A stretch of 64,000 nucleotides of DNA from Schmidtea polychroa. Taxonomy: Eukaryota. The notes below the pieces were generated by a model. That model worked only from the letters and a program-made list of their open reading frames with translations, was not told the origin of the DNA and searched no databases. Numbering within the stretch: the stretch's first letter is position 1; each line of letters starts with the position of its first letter. The stretch lies in NCBI GenBank assembly GCA_044892525.1, contig CM097885.1, positions 11,844,001-11,908,000 of the forward strand, in the 5' to 3' direction. Positions 21,158 to 35,556 of the stretch are shown here, piece by piece. A program made the position numbers and the translations under genes.

Positions 21158-24100
21158 AAATGAGTTAATAAAAATAACAATATCACCACCTTCTTTTTTC
21201 AACTGCACAAAAATATACTCAAAACTCTGGAATTTTAACAATTTGTGGAAAATGGAACCACTTCATCTCTATATCGAATAGGAGAGTTGCATTAAATGTA
21301 CTGTGAAACAAAATATCCTAATCACCAAATACAATTGGAAAAAAGATGGGAAATTTGATCATCCAATGGAAATGGAAACGTCGGCGCTGCTCAAATCTAC
21401 TCGATTTGCTTATGAAGATATTGATAAAACCAATAGTAATGAATATATTTTACCTATTAGTTTTATGTTACTACAGACAAAATCTTTAGAAAAAATTGTT
21501 GAAAAATATTATTACTGAACATTTATCTCATTTTTAATTAGTATTAACGGTTAAGAAGAAACTCATCATACATAGCAATGCTAACACTTTCATAGCTTTC
21601 TGCAACATTGTCAATGTCTAAATCGTATTTATTATTTTGCAGTGTATTAGTCCGATGTTTATAGCTTTATGGTCCAGTGGTTAATGAAAGTGTAAATGCA
21701 ACTCGGGAAACGAGTTCAGCATCATTGAGTAAACCTTCAAGGAAACTTTGTAAATCGTGTTTATCAAGATGAGAATTTATCACGACTTTTACAATTAACT
21801 GTTGATAATATCTCATTTTATAAAGATGTTTATTTTTATAAAGACAAATCAGTTTTCAATTCGATAGTCAGGAAGTCGAAGGAAATAATGAATAAAGTTA
21901 ATTTTGCATTTTATTCAGAAAAATAAATGCTGAATGAAAAAAAGCTGTAAGAGTTGCTCAGTTCTTAGCTTTAAGCGATAATGGAAAAATTGATGAAAAC
22001 AAATTAATAGGGATGATCTGTTACAGATTTATCATTCAGGCTTCCTTCAGTTTCGCAACATAATCCAATGTTATCCTGCGAGTGTCAAACTTTTTAATTC
22101 TACGATTATCAAAACTGACTTTTACTTTTTCTTCCTTCCGATGGTTTATGTGATAGATAAATTTTTTATTATTTAATCCCTTAACGTGCAAGCCGGAGTT
22201 ACCTCGAGCGCGCTAAACGGGTCACATTGTTCACATTTGACATAATAAAATTTTTAGTAATTTTCTATTTTTTTAAAAATGTTTGATCAAAATAAGGTTC
22301 AAAAATGTATATTTTTCAAAAAAAATTGTATTTTTTTCCGGTATTTTTTCAAAATAAGTCTGAGTTAAGGGATTATATAGCCTATATCTTTATATTTGCA
22401 CTTCTTAGAAATCCTCTGTCTTTAATTAATTTACATTTCACTATTTTTATACAAACCAACATTAATAATATTCTTAACTCACATTTTAATATTTTTTAAT
22501 TAATTAAATTAAAATAAATTTTTAATATTAAAAAAACCATTTGGTAAATTTTGAAAAAAATTTCAAAATTTATTAACACATGTTTATGAGTCTATTAAAA
22601 CATTTTAAACGATTTTTATTACTAGAAACTGGTCTCGGGAGAATACTATAACATAAATTTGTTCAAATAAGTGATATTGGAAAATATTTGTTATTTTTAA
22701 TAATGGATATAACATCTTTAGTTTTAGCAATTTTACTTACTTAGCAATATTTATTAAAATCACTAATAAAATAAATATTTTTGATTAATTTTTAAAATAT
22801 TTTAAAATTAAATTTTAAATCAAAAATACCAAATTTTTATGTTAGTTGACAATAAATCAATACATTCTTAAAAATTCCTTTCCAAAAGAAAAATATGTTT
22901 TAGCATATTATGCTAACACTTTTGATTTAAATGAAAAACTTTACTGTAAAAGTTATTATGAAATAAATATCTTGATAGAGACTCAAATTATTTAAAGTTA
23001 AAGGACAGAATGTTATATTTATTTGGGTTGTTGGTGAAATGCAAAATTAACAAGTGTTACTTTGTTGACAACTATAACAAATTTCAAAAAATATAAACTT
23101 TTATTGATTAGCACAATTGATTACCAATTTTCAATGACAAAACATGATTCGATATTGCAACATTGGTTATTGAATGTTTATAGCAACCCTTTAGGAGGAA
23201 TAGCACTATTATTACAACTTGGTATTTATGACCACCTGCTTATTAGTTCTGGTTTCATTTCTTTATCTTTAATTAACTCATCAACCTTTTCTATTACATT
23301 ACAAGATTATATTTTAATTATATATCACTTATTTATTTTCTCATATTTTGCATACTGACAATATTTAATTTTTAAATTTTTTCGATATTGAAATCCTCAA
23401 ATTAAATAAATATATTAAATATATATATTAAATATATATATATATATATATATATTAAATATAAATATCTATTATATTAAAAATTAATTATATTATTATA
23501 ATTATTATTAATTATAATAATTATTATTAATTATAATAATTATTATTAATTATAATATTCATTATTAATTATAATAATTAATATTAATTATTATTATTAT
23601 AATTTTTATTATTAATAATTATTATTTGTTTTATTAATTAATCTACCAAGATTTATTTTTATTAAATATGTAAAATGTTACTGATCATTCTTAAAATTTT
23701 CGAAAAATAAATTGACATTTTCTTGAAATTGTATCTAATCATATATTTCAAATGTAATTCATTAAAATTGCATTATTAATTAATGTTACTCACAATAACT
23801 ATTAAAATTTGTAATTTAATAAAATTAATAATGATCATAAATAATTCACAGACAGATTATTTTCAACATTGATGTTTTCTGTGAATAATTCCACTGGACC
23901 TGACAGATGAGTCTGTAACAAATTATCAATTCAGAAACTTGATAATTGATTTGCTAAAATTTTTTTATTGTGAAGATATTTTTGTTTTAATAAAAATATT
24001 GTTTAGGTACAACATTTCAATCATTCACAGCGACTGGAGGACTAAAATAAATTAAAAAAAAGTTAAAAAAAAAAATTAAAAAAAAATTAAAAATTAAAAA

Positions 24101-26044
24101 TGTCATAATTAACTGTAATGTATTCTTCATTTTTTAATGAATTATAAAAAGAAACTGAGAAATATAAAATTAAAATTAAACTTTTATTTTCTAATTTTAA
24201 TTGTTATTTATTTCACACAAATTTTCTGCATAACTTTTTTCAGGTGTTTGTCAATTCATCTTAATTTATTTGTTTAAATCATTGGGGCTATATGAAAAAC
24301 GCTTAAAATTAATTAAAATTTCAATAATAAAATTTAAAAAATAGAAATTAAAAACAAAGTTAATCATTACAAAATATTCTGGATCCTACAAAGTATAAAT
24401 TAAAAATACAAAAAAATTAATTAATTAATTAAATAATTAAAAAATAATTTACGTCATTAATCATTATGATGGTTGCAACAAAATTGTTATTTCGCCATGC
24501 AAAAAAACAATCAGTTAAATTAATACAATTTTTATTTTTTATTTTAGAATCTTTTCAGTAGCTTTTAGAAAAAATGAGAAGTTAATGTTTAAATAGCATT
24601 TAAGTAAAAGTTAAAAAATCAAAATATGTAAAAATCGCATTTGTTGTCGAAAAAAGAGAGATTCAGGTGTAGTTAGGAGAGCCGTAACAAGGGTGGTGCG
24701 AGCGGTGGAGTCGCACAGGGCGCACATCTGAAAGAGGTGCAAAATTGGGATGTAACATTTTTTTAATGTTATCAAAATTTAACAAAATATAAATAAAATA
24801 ATTATCAAATGGCATTCACGAAACAAAATGGCAAATTAGGTAGCCTGTCTTTAACATTACTGTTGGACTGGTCTATTAGGTGTGTATTTTGTAAAATATT
24901 AGTTCACAAAATGGGTTCTTGAGTAGGTAGTTAGGAGCCTACGGGAACAATAGGGGGGGGGGTAAAAAATGTTGCAAACTTTTGATTGCATAACTTTTTC
25001 CGTAGACATTTTTTGATTACATAATTGTTGCCGTAATGCCCAATGTTTTCTGGGATTTTAAATACAAAATTTTTTTTTCAATAAACAAGCCAAGGATAAA
25101 TATTATTTGGGTGGGTCTCCTTGGTCCTGAGAATTTCAATAGAAAAAGGTAGTCTTCAATAAAAAAGCATGGATTTTTCACACAATAGTGAGGGGATCTT
25201 CTTGGTCATGAGAATTTCAATAGAAAAGATGGTTTACATTAAAAACACATAGTAAATTTTTAAAATAAAGCAAATTATTGGTCTAAAATTTAAAAATAAA
25301 GTAAATGATGGGTCTAAAAAATTTAAGTAAATCAGGGTTCAGATTTTTTTTGAAATAAAGTAAATTATGGTCTAAATAAGTAAATTATGGGCTAAGATTT
25401 TTCAATTAAAGTAAATTATGGTCAAAATTTTAAAATTAAAGTAAATTAAGGTTCTAAAAATTAAATTACAGTAATTAATGGTCCAAATTTTTAAATTAAA
25501 GTAAATTTAGGTTCTAAAATATTAAATTAAAGTAAATAATTGTTCAAAATTTAAAATTAAAGTTAATTAAGGGCTCAACTAAGTAAATTATGGTTCAAAT
25601 TTTTAAATTAAGTAAATAATGGTTCTAAAAATTAAAGTAAATTAAGGTCCTAAAAAATTAAATTACAGTAAATAATGGGCACAAATAACTAAATTAAGGT
25701 TCTAAAAAATTAAATTAAAGTTAATTAAGGTCCAAATTTTAAAATTAAGTAATCAATGGTAAAAAAAAATTTTAAATTAAAGTTAAATAAGTAAATTAAA
25801 GTAATAATTTTTAAATAAGTAAATTAAAGTAAGATTTTAAAATTTATTAACAAAAAGTTGAAATAATAGAAGGTGTTTGAGAATTGAAATTTTTTAATGA
25901 AAATTTTAATGAAATATTTTTCAATGATAATTTTTAATGAAAATTTTAATGAAATAATTTTTTAAGTAATTTTAGATGGAAATTTTTATGGAATATTTTT
26001 CAATGTTAATTTTTAATGGAAATTTTAATAGAATAATTTTTTTT

Positions 26045-26123
<79 letters not shown>

Positions 26124-26315
26124 TATTAGTAATAATATATCAACCAAATACTATACAACACATAAAAAATTAACTAAACACATAAAAATAACTAGACACA
26201 TAACAAAACATATAAACATTAACTAAACACATAAAAATGAACTAGACACATAACAAACATAAAAATTTACCAAACAAATAACAAATGTATAGATATAAAC
26301 TTTTATTTAATAAAA

Positions 26316-29300
26316 TTAGTCCTCATCGGACAAAATAACGTCATCGATATCGATGTCATCTTCTCCAAAATCTTCATTTAATTCTTCCTCATCTTCTCCA
26401 AAATCTTCATTAAATTCTTCCTCATCTTCTCCAAAATCTTCATTTAATTCTTCCTCATCTTCTCCAACAATTTCTGCAACATTTTCTCTAATATTAAATT
26501 CACTTAATCTTACATGCCCATATGCAAGACTAGTATTTTCCCCCACCCAAACCCTTTTGTCGTCTTTGTTTGTTAGTGCTATTTTTGTGTTTTTAATTGT
26601 AAAAATTTGATGATTTTTGCTTGTTATTTTAGTCTGAGGAACCGAAAAAATCTGGTTAGTGTTATAACAATCCAGGTATGACTGATGTTTTATGTCACTA
26701 CCTTTCAATGTTACACCTTTAGCCTTTTTTGTTTCCTCATCACCCAACAAGCTATAACATTTAGGTCTAAGAAAAACCCATTCCTTATATTTAAGACCTT
26801 TATTCTCGTCTTTGAACTTTCCAATGACTGAATCAAGGTTCTTACTATATAAGGAATGACAACTATTGTAATTGGAAGTATCTAATAAATTATCTCGAAT
26901 CATTGCAGGTAAAAGAACCTCGAGTTTACAGTTAATGACTTCGAGGAAAAAAGAATCTGTATCACCTGCAACGATATTAATTTTACAATTAAACTCATTG
27001 CGAAATGATTCCAGATCCTTATATTGCAATTCATACATTCTAAGTTTAGATAGATCAAGTACAGATTGACCAATGTAACTTGGTCTATCTAAACATATAG
27101 AATCTGAATTCAATAATGCCGCGATTAAATTATCGTCTATTTTAATAGATTTTTTAAAAGTTGGCTTCGAAGAATATTTAACTAATTTATCGGCTGTTGT
27201 ACAAAGACGAAGATTCATTCTTCTCTTTAAATTTTCAACTGTTTTGCCGTATAAACTGTTATTTAGCAATTTATAATAATTTTTATCTAAGTTATTTATG
27301 CTTTTTGACCTTAATTCTGTATTTGTATCTATATATTTTTTAAAAATTGGAGATTGCTTAAATCTTACACCCCTATTTACACGTGTTACTTTAACACCAA
27401 GTTCCAAATATAATTTTAATAATCTCCAATGAATAACATAATTAGATTTTGGAAGATGAGTTAATAATAATTTTTCAACCTTAGACCCAGCAGGTTTCAT
27501 TTTTTCAGCAGCTACAGGGAAATCATCCAACTTATCATGAAGCTCAGAAGGAATTACAAGATCAACTTCAAGAGTGTATCCATAAGACAAAGATTCAAGA
27601 TTTAAATTCCTACATTCATCTATTATTAAATCAAATCCATCAAGAACCCAACTAAATTCGCCACAAGGTAATGATTGACTTAAAGCCCAACCATAAAGAT
27701 TATTAATATCTATATAAAGTAACTCGGTGTTCTCGTCGGTTTTTACGTAATGCTTATTGACAAAAGTAAGACCGCCTCTTATTCCACCCTCATAAAAGCT
27801 AAACATTTCGTTTTCAGTTATGAGCTCAATTGGTTCATTTAGAGACATTAATGCAGAAGACCAAGACATACCTGGAATTCCGAAATAATTCAATGGTTCC
27901 AATCTATTGTGAGCAATGGATTTCAACCGAAACTGATGAAAGAAATCAGCCAAAAGAAAACAATCAAGTTTTAGGTAGATCATCATATAATCTAATAAAG
28001 TTACGCAATTAGTTTCTACCCAAATCTCCTGAGCTTTTTCATACTCAAGCTCAGTGACACCTTCCCAGATTGGTGGTAATTCATAAGTAGTTTGGAGAAT
28101 ATCTAAAGAAGTGGCGAAATTATAAGGGAAGATTCCTTTTTCAGAAACTATAGTACCAGAAAAAGCAGAATTAGTAAAAGGCAAAGAATTCAAAGTTTTG
28201 ACTGCTTTAGCTAAAGAATCATTGACAAATTGATAAGAATCAATGAATCTTAAGCTAATTTTGCCTAAATGAGCAATCAAAGAAATAAATTTTTCACTCG
28301 TTATTGGGATGCAACCTAAAGTCCAATTTTTAAATTTATTTAATCCATATTTAAGTATATGATGCATATCGTATCCCTTCAAGTTATGAAATACGATAGG
28401 CAAAATTTTATTTATTTTCCTATTTATGTTACATGTGCTACAAGCTGCACCCAAGTATTTGCCCGTAAAATGATCGTGATCTCTAACAGGATCGACGATA
28501 GATTTCAAACAAAGATAACAAACGGAAGCACTAAGAAATTGATGTTGTTCAATTTTCGTTAATTTTATCATTGGTTTCCTACCCATTTTATAATAAAAAG
28601 GAAGAACCTTATTTAATGCTATATCCTCTATAGCACTTAAAAAACTCTCGACGCAATCTAAACCTATGAATTGTTGATATGATTTAGATCCGTCAAAGTT
28701 ATTTACTAGTAAAAGACCAGCAGATATTGGCATGTGTCGTTGGAAATGAAGATTATCAGAAGGTAAAATAGCCTCAAAATCGGCATAAACTACAAAAGGA
28801 GGAGTTACTGTTTTCGACCAGTCAGTAAACTGTAAGAATTTATTTTGAGGGAAAGTGTAAAGAGTTGTTCCTAATTGATTACGTTTACATAATATTTCAT
28901 GTTTTTCCAGTGCGTGTTTATACCTAAACCCATTCAAACACCGATGGCACCATAATGATTGTATGCGTGTAGGACAACTAGTTTTTATGTGGCAATTCAG
29001 TAACCTATTTAAATTACTTATAGCGACGTAATGGAAATTGTTTCCTTTATTTAATAATAGTAAATTAATTACAGTTCCATTTAAAACTTTGGAACGATGT
29101 ATAATGTCTAAATGTGGATGTTTTAAAACGTAATTATCTGTTAATTGTTTGCTATTGTCATAAGAAAAAACATTAATTATTAAGCCGGGATTTTTGGCCT
29201 CAAATTTTCTAATGTCTTTTAATTTCATGGGTAAATCTAATGGATTATATATTAAGTCTGATAAATTATAACTGGACGTCCTATTTCTATATTGTCTAAC

Positions 29301-30729
29301 AACCTCATCATATTTTAAAATAGCTAAAATGCTATATAAAAAACATGAATCATCGGTGTTTTTTATATTAATTAAACAATATTTATTTTTTAGACAAGTA
29401 GGTAGTTCAATGAAACTCCTACCACTTAATCTACTTAACCTACTTATTTTTGTTATGGTGAAGTGGATTTCAGTTATTTTTTTTATGATCCAACTACTTC
29501 CTAACTCTGTGATATTACTTATTTTCTCGTTTAGTTCCCTAATGCCTTCGTCAAAAAATGATGCAGTTAAAGGTTTTGCGTAATTCGAAATATTATTAAC
29601 CTTTATTTCCCCGTCTTTTTCAAATTCGATTGTTATTCCGAATTGAATTTTGACGGAGCCTAATTCGTTAATAATATCTCGTAATTTTATAATTAATCGT
29701 TCTGGAAATATTATTTCCTTTATATTCAAGTCGCTAGTATTTAAACTTAAAATTTGATGTGTACCCCTTAAATCTTTCTGTATTATGGGAACATTACCCC
29801 CTATTTGTATTATATTTAATCCATCCCAAGAATCAAAGGAATTGAATAATCCGACCTGGGATTCAACAACTAATCCGACCTGGGATTCAACAAAAGGCAA
29901 TCCGACCTGGGATTCAACAAAAGACAATCCGTCCTGAAATTCAACAACCAATCCATCATTGGATTCAACAACTAATCCGACCTGGGATTCAAAAGAAGAA
30001 GTATCTAATTTAATTTTTTTATTTGTATTATTTTTTTCTATAGTCGAAGGTCTTTTAAAAACACTATCTTTTTTAAAATTAAACCTATCTAAATGTTGTT
30101 TATGTTTATTATAAAAAACACTATATGTTACAGGGTCACTAGTCTTACATACGGGACATATAAAATATGTTTTATTATAATATTTTTTCGTGTAATAATT
30201 CTCCATTATAGAATGGCAATTATTATCATGTTCTTTCGATGAACAATAATTTGGATAAAGTATACCTATAAAATAAAAATTTAATAAAAAAAATATATAT
30301 ATAATTTAAATGAAATATTTTAATAAATGTTTACGCAAAAATTTACAAATTTTATTTACTAAAAAAAAATAAAAATTTACTAAATTAAAAATATTAACAT
30401 TTAATTAAATAAAAAATTATATTAAATTTCCTTTAAATTATATAAAAAAGTAATCAATACTTACATTGTAAATTTTCATTTCGATTTATTGACACATTGA
30501 CATAATTTTTCTCTTTATTCGTATTACCTAAATTATTAATTAATTAAATCAATAAATTAAAAATTATGTTTACTTTTTCTTTTCAAATTTCCTTTAATCT
30601 TCGATTTTAAATTGTCTTCATTAATATTATCTAAATTAATTAATAAATTAATTAATAAATAAATTAAAATTTACCAAATTCCTGAATTTTTTCTCGAACA
30701 TTCATAACGTTTTCTATTAAAGAATTCAT
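26316..30729 (-). CDS. polB: pPolB, left-arm copy; exons 30729-30675, 30630-30574, 30527-30465, 30265-26316
   Basis: 1296-aa ORF with Exo motifs (YADFE, HNLKGYD, YLKLD) and Pol motifs (YIDINNLYG, KLLNNSLYGK, GDTDS, KAKGV), an OTU-like NTDDSCF..HY segment, and upstream phase-1 micro-exons. Confidence 0.93.
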
Positions 30730-33004
30730 TTTTAAAGGTTAATTATTTGTTAAATGTGAATAATGATTGATTATTGTTTATAGATTATTATTGTTTATAG
30801 ATTATTATTGTTTATAGGAACAAATTCTAACCAATCAAAATCAAGGAAGGGTAGGGAAAAAATATATTACGTTGGGGTATTTTAAAATTGAAATTTATTT
30901 TAAAAACACATTTTGACGTTAAAGTCGAGTTATGTAACAAAGACATAATAAACTTATTATTTACTACAAATATTTCACCTATTTAATACCTAACTAGAGA
31001 TGATATATATTGATTGTTCATAAAAGCAAACTTAATCATATATTTCTGTATATTATTTTGTATATTATTTCTGTAAATTATCAAGTAAATTTAAAGTTCT
31101 TGATAAGGTTAAAATCATCATTAAAGCTTTAAATTTTTTAATAAATCAACATGAAATTCTTAGAAAATAATTGAAAAAAAAATATTATTACAAAGTCATA
31201 TCCTATCACGTGATTATTAACCTAACTGTCATTAAAAATAATTTTTATTTAAAATTAAAAAACCAATCAATAAAAATGCATCCAATTATCAAGAAATTAA
31301 TTAATAAAAATGCATCCAATTATCAAGAAATTAATTAATAAAAATGCATCCAATTATCAAGAAATTAATTAAATTTATCTTAGAACTAACTTAAAATTTT
31401 TAAATATTCATTCTATTCACATGAAATTCATGAAAATGATAAAAATTCACAAAAACCATCAACTCTAAAAAAAAAAATTACTAATGAATACCTTAAACAC
31501 AAAAATTTATCCAAATAATCTTTCAAATTAATTCATTAAAATTGAAGACAACACGCTCTATTTCGTCATTACATTCAATTAAAATTAAATAAAACAAGAT
31601 AAGAACTTTGATAAAAAATATTATTCTAAAATGGTAAGAATTAACACTGTAGTGTTAAATGAAAAGGTAATTATTCTTTAAATCTAATTATAATTATAAT
31701 CATATTTTTCTTTAATTTAACTCTTTATTTACTTAATTTAGTCATTGTTTACCGAATATAGAAGTTTAAAATATAGACCATTGATTACTTTAATTTAAAA
31801 ATGTATCCCTTAATTTACATAATTTCCATCTAAAATTATTTCAAAAAATTTTTTTTTTAAATTTGTCATTGAAAAATATTTCATAAAAGTTTTCATTAAA
31901 AATTATCTTAAAAATTATTCCATAAAAATTTCCATCTAAAATTACTTAAAAAAATTATTTCATAAAAATTTTCATTAAAAAATTTCAATTCTCAAACACC
32001 TTCTATTATTTTGTTAATAAATTTAAAATCTTACTTTAATTTGCTTATTACATTACTTATTTAAAAATTATTACTTTAATTTACTTATTTAAAATATTTG
32101 ACCATTGATTACTTAATTTAAAAATTTGGACCTTAATTTACTTTAATTTAATTTTTTAGAACCTTAATTTACTTTAATTTTAAATTTTGAACCTTAATTA
32201 ACTTTAATTCAAATTTGGACCTTAATTTACTTTAATTGAAAATTTTAGACCTTAATTTACTTAATTGAAATTTTAGATCTTAATTTACTTATTTATCTTT
32301 AATTTACTTGAGTTTAAAAATATATACCATAATTTACTTAATTGAAAATTTTAGACTTTATTTTAGAACTTAATTGAAAATTTCAGACATTAATTTACTT
32401 AATTGAAAATTTTAGACCATAATTTCATGTAAAATTTTAGACCATAATTTACTTATTTGAATATTTTAGACCTTAAATTGCTTAATTTAAAATTTTAGAC
32501 CTTAATTTGCTTATTTATCTTTAATTTACTTAAGTTTAAAAATATATACTATAATTTACTTTAATTTAAAATTTTATACCATAATTTACTTAATTGTAAA
32601 TTTTAGACCATAATTTCATGTAAAATTTTAGACCATAATTTACTTAATTGGAAATTTTAGACCTTAATTTGCTTATTTATCTTTAATTTACTTAAGTTTA
32701 AAAATATATACCATAATTTACTTAATTGAAAATTTTAGACTTTATTTTAGAACTTAATTGAAAATTTTAGACCTTAATTTGCCTAATTGAAAATTTTAGA
32801 CCTTAATTTACTTAATTGAAAATTTTAGACCTTAATTTGCTTAATTGAAAATTTTAGACCTTAATTTACTTAATTGAAAATTTTAGACCTTAATTTACTT
32901 AATTGAAAATTTTAGACCTTAATTTACTTAATTGAAAATTTTAGACCATAATTTTAATGTAAAATTGTTATTGAAAAAATTTTCATTTCTCAGGCGCCGT
33001 TTAT

Positions 33005-33311
33005 AGTAGGTAGTTAGTGGCCCGCTGCAAATGCAAGCCTTTTTTTATGCGGCACGATTTTTTTTTTACGGCAACTTTTGATTGCGCAATTGTTGCAACT
33101 TGTTTTTTTTTTTGTATTGAAAATTCTAGAAAAAAAAATAATACAGTTGCGTAATAATCCAAAAAAAAAATACAACAAAAAAAACTAGTTGCAACAATTG
33201 CGTAATAAAAAGTTGCAACAAAAAAAAGTTGCAACAAAAAAAAAGTTGCAACAACCCCCCCCCCCCCCCCGGGGGGGGGTAATTGTTGCAGCGGGCCACT
33301 ATCTACCTACT
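33005..33311. other. Central junction module bounded by terminus-like inverted repeats
   Basis: AGTAGGTAGTTAGTGGCCCGCTGCAA...TTGCAGCGGGCCACTATCTACCTACT, with an asymmetric interior containing GTTGCAAC repeats and a poly-C/poly-G run. Confidence 0.8.
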
Positions 33312-35449
33312 ATAAACGGCGCCTGAGAAATGAAAATTTTTTCAATGACAATTTTACATTAAAATTATGGTCTAAAATTTTCAATTAAGTAAATTAAGGT
33401 CTAAAATTTTCAATTAAGTAAATTAAGGTCTAAAATTTTCAATTAAGTAAATTAAGGTCTAAAATTTTCAATTAAGCAAATTAAGGTCTAAAATTTTCAA
33501 TTAAGTAAATTAAGGTCTAAAATTTTCAATTAGGCAAATTAAGGTCTAAAATTTTCAATTAAGTTCTAAAATAAAGTCTAAAATTTTCAATTAAGTAAAT
33601 TATGGTATATATTTTTAAACTTAAGTAAATTAAAGATAAATAAGCAAATTAAGGTCTAAAATTTCCAATTAAGTAAATTATGGTCTAAAATTTTACATGA
33701 AATTATGGTCTAAAATTTACAATTAAGTAAATTATGGTATAAAATTTTAAATTAAAGTAAATTATAGTATATATTTTTAAACTTAAGTAAATTAAAGATA
33801 AATAAGCAAATTAAGGTCTAAAATTTTAAATTAAGCAATTTAAGGTCTAAAATATTCAAATAAGTAAATTATGGTCTAAAATTTTACATGAAATTATGGT
33901 CTAAAATTTTCAATTAAGTAAATTAATGTCTGAAATTTTCAATTAAGTTCTAAAATAAAGTCTAAAATTTTCAATTAAGTAAATTATGGTATATATTTTT
34001 AAACTCAAGTAAATTAAAGATAAATAAGTAAATTAAGGTCTAAAATTTCAATTAAGTAAATTAAGGTCTAAAATTTTCAATTAAAGTAAATTAAGGTCCA
34101 AATTTGAATTAAAGTAAATTAAGGTTCTAAAAAATTAAATTAAAGTAAATTAAGGTCCAAATTTTTAAATTAAGTAATCAATGGTCAAATATTTTAAATA
34201 AGTAAATTAAAGTAATAATTTTTAAATAAGTAATGTAATAAGCAAATTAAAGTAAGATTTTAAATTTATTAACAAAATAATAGAAGGTGTTTGAGAATTG
34301 AAATTTTTTAATGAAAATTTTTATGAAATAATTTTTTTAAGTAATTTTAGATGGAAATTTTTATGGAATAATTTTTAAGATAATTTTTAATGAAAACTTT
34401 TATGAAATATTTTTCAATGACAAATTTAAAAAAAAAATTTTTTGAAATAATTTTAGATGGAAATTATGTAAATTAAGGGATACATTTTTAAATTAAAGTA
34501 ATCAATGGTCTATATTTTAAACTTCTATATTCGGTAAACAATGACTAAATTAAGTAAATAAAGAGTTAAATTAAAGAAAAATATGATTATAATTATAATT
34601 AGATTTAAAGAATAATTACCTTTTCATTTAACACTACAGTGTTAATTCTTACCATTTTAGAATAATATTTTTTATCAAAGTTCTTATCTTGTTTTATTTA
34701 ATTTTAATTGAATGTAATGACGAAATAGAGCGTGTTGTCTTCAATTTTAATGAATTAATTTGAAAGATTATTTGGATAAATTTTTGTGTTTAAGGTATTC
34801 ATTAGTAATTTTTTTTTTTAGAGTTGATGGTTTTTGTGAATTTTTATCATTTTCATGAATTTCATGTGAATAGAATGAATATTTAAAAATTTTAAGTTAG
34901 TTCTAAGATAAATTTAATTAATTTCTTGATAATTGGATGCATTTTTATTAATTAATTTCTTGATAATTGGATGCATTTTTATTAATTAATTTCTTGATAA
35001 TTGGATGCATTTTTATTGATTGGTTTTTTAATTTTAAATAAAAATTATTTTTAATGACAGTTAGGTTAATAATCACGTGATAGGATATGACTTTGTAATA
35101 ATATTTTTTTTTCAATTATTTTCTAAGAATTTCATGTTGATTTATTAAAAAATTTAAAGCTTTAATGATGATTTTAACCTTATCAAGAACTTTAAATTTA
35201 CTTGATAATTTACAGAAATAATATACAAAATAATATACAGAAATATATGATTAAGTTTGCTTTTATGAACAATCAATATATATCATCTCTAGTTAGGTAT
35301 TAAATAGGTGAAATATTTGTAGTAAATAATAAGTTTATTATGTCTTTGTTACATAACTCGACTTTAACGTCAAAATGTGTTTTTAAAATAAATTTCAATT
35401 TTAAAATACCCCAACGTAATATATTTTTTCCCTACCCTTCCTTGATTTT

Positions 35450-35520
35450 GATTGGTTAGAATTTGTTCCTATAAACAATAATAATCTATAAACAATAATA
35501 ATCTATAAACAATAATCAAT
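35450..35520 (+). promoter_or_regulatory. Putative Pol II promoter of the right-arm pPolB (inverted CCAAT plus triplicated TATAAACAAT)
   Basis: GATTGG at ~35450 and three TATAAA units 45-90 nt before the predicted ATG at 35557. The element-1 pPolB shows the same layout. Confidence 0.5.
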
Positions 35521-35556
35521 CATTATTCACATTTAACAAATAATTAACCTTTAAAA

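Noticed and set aside
21240..22230. Coding-like decayed stretch and a TTAA-CCCTT-like end
   Set aside because: Probably transposon debris, but I found no motif or partner TIR to support a call.
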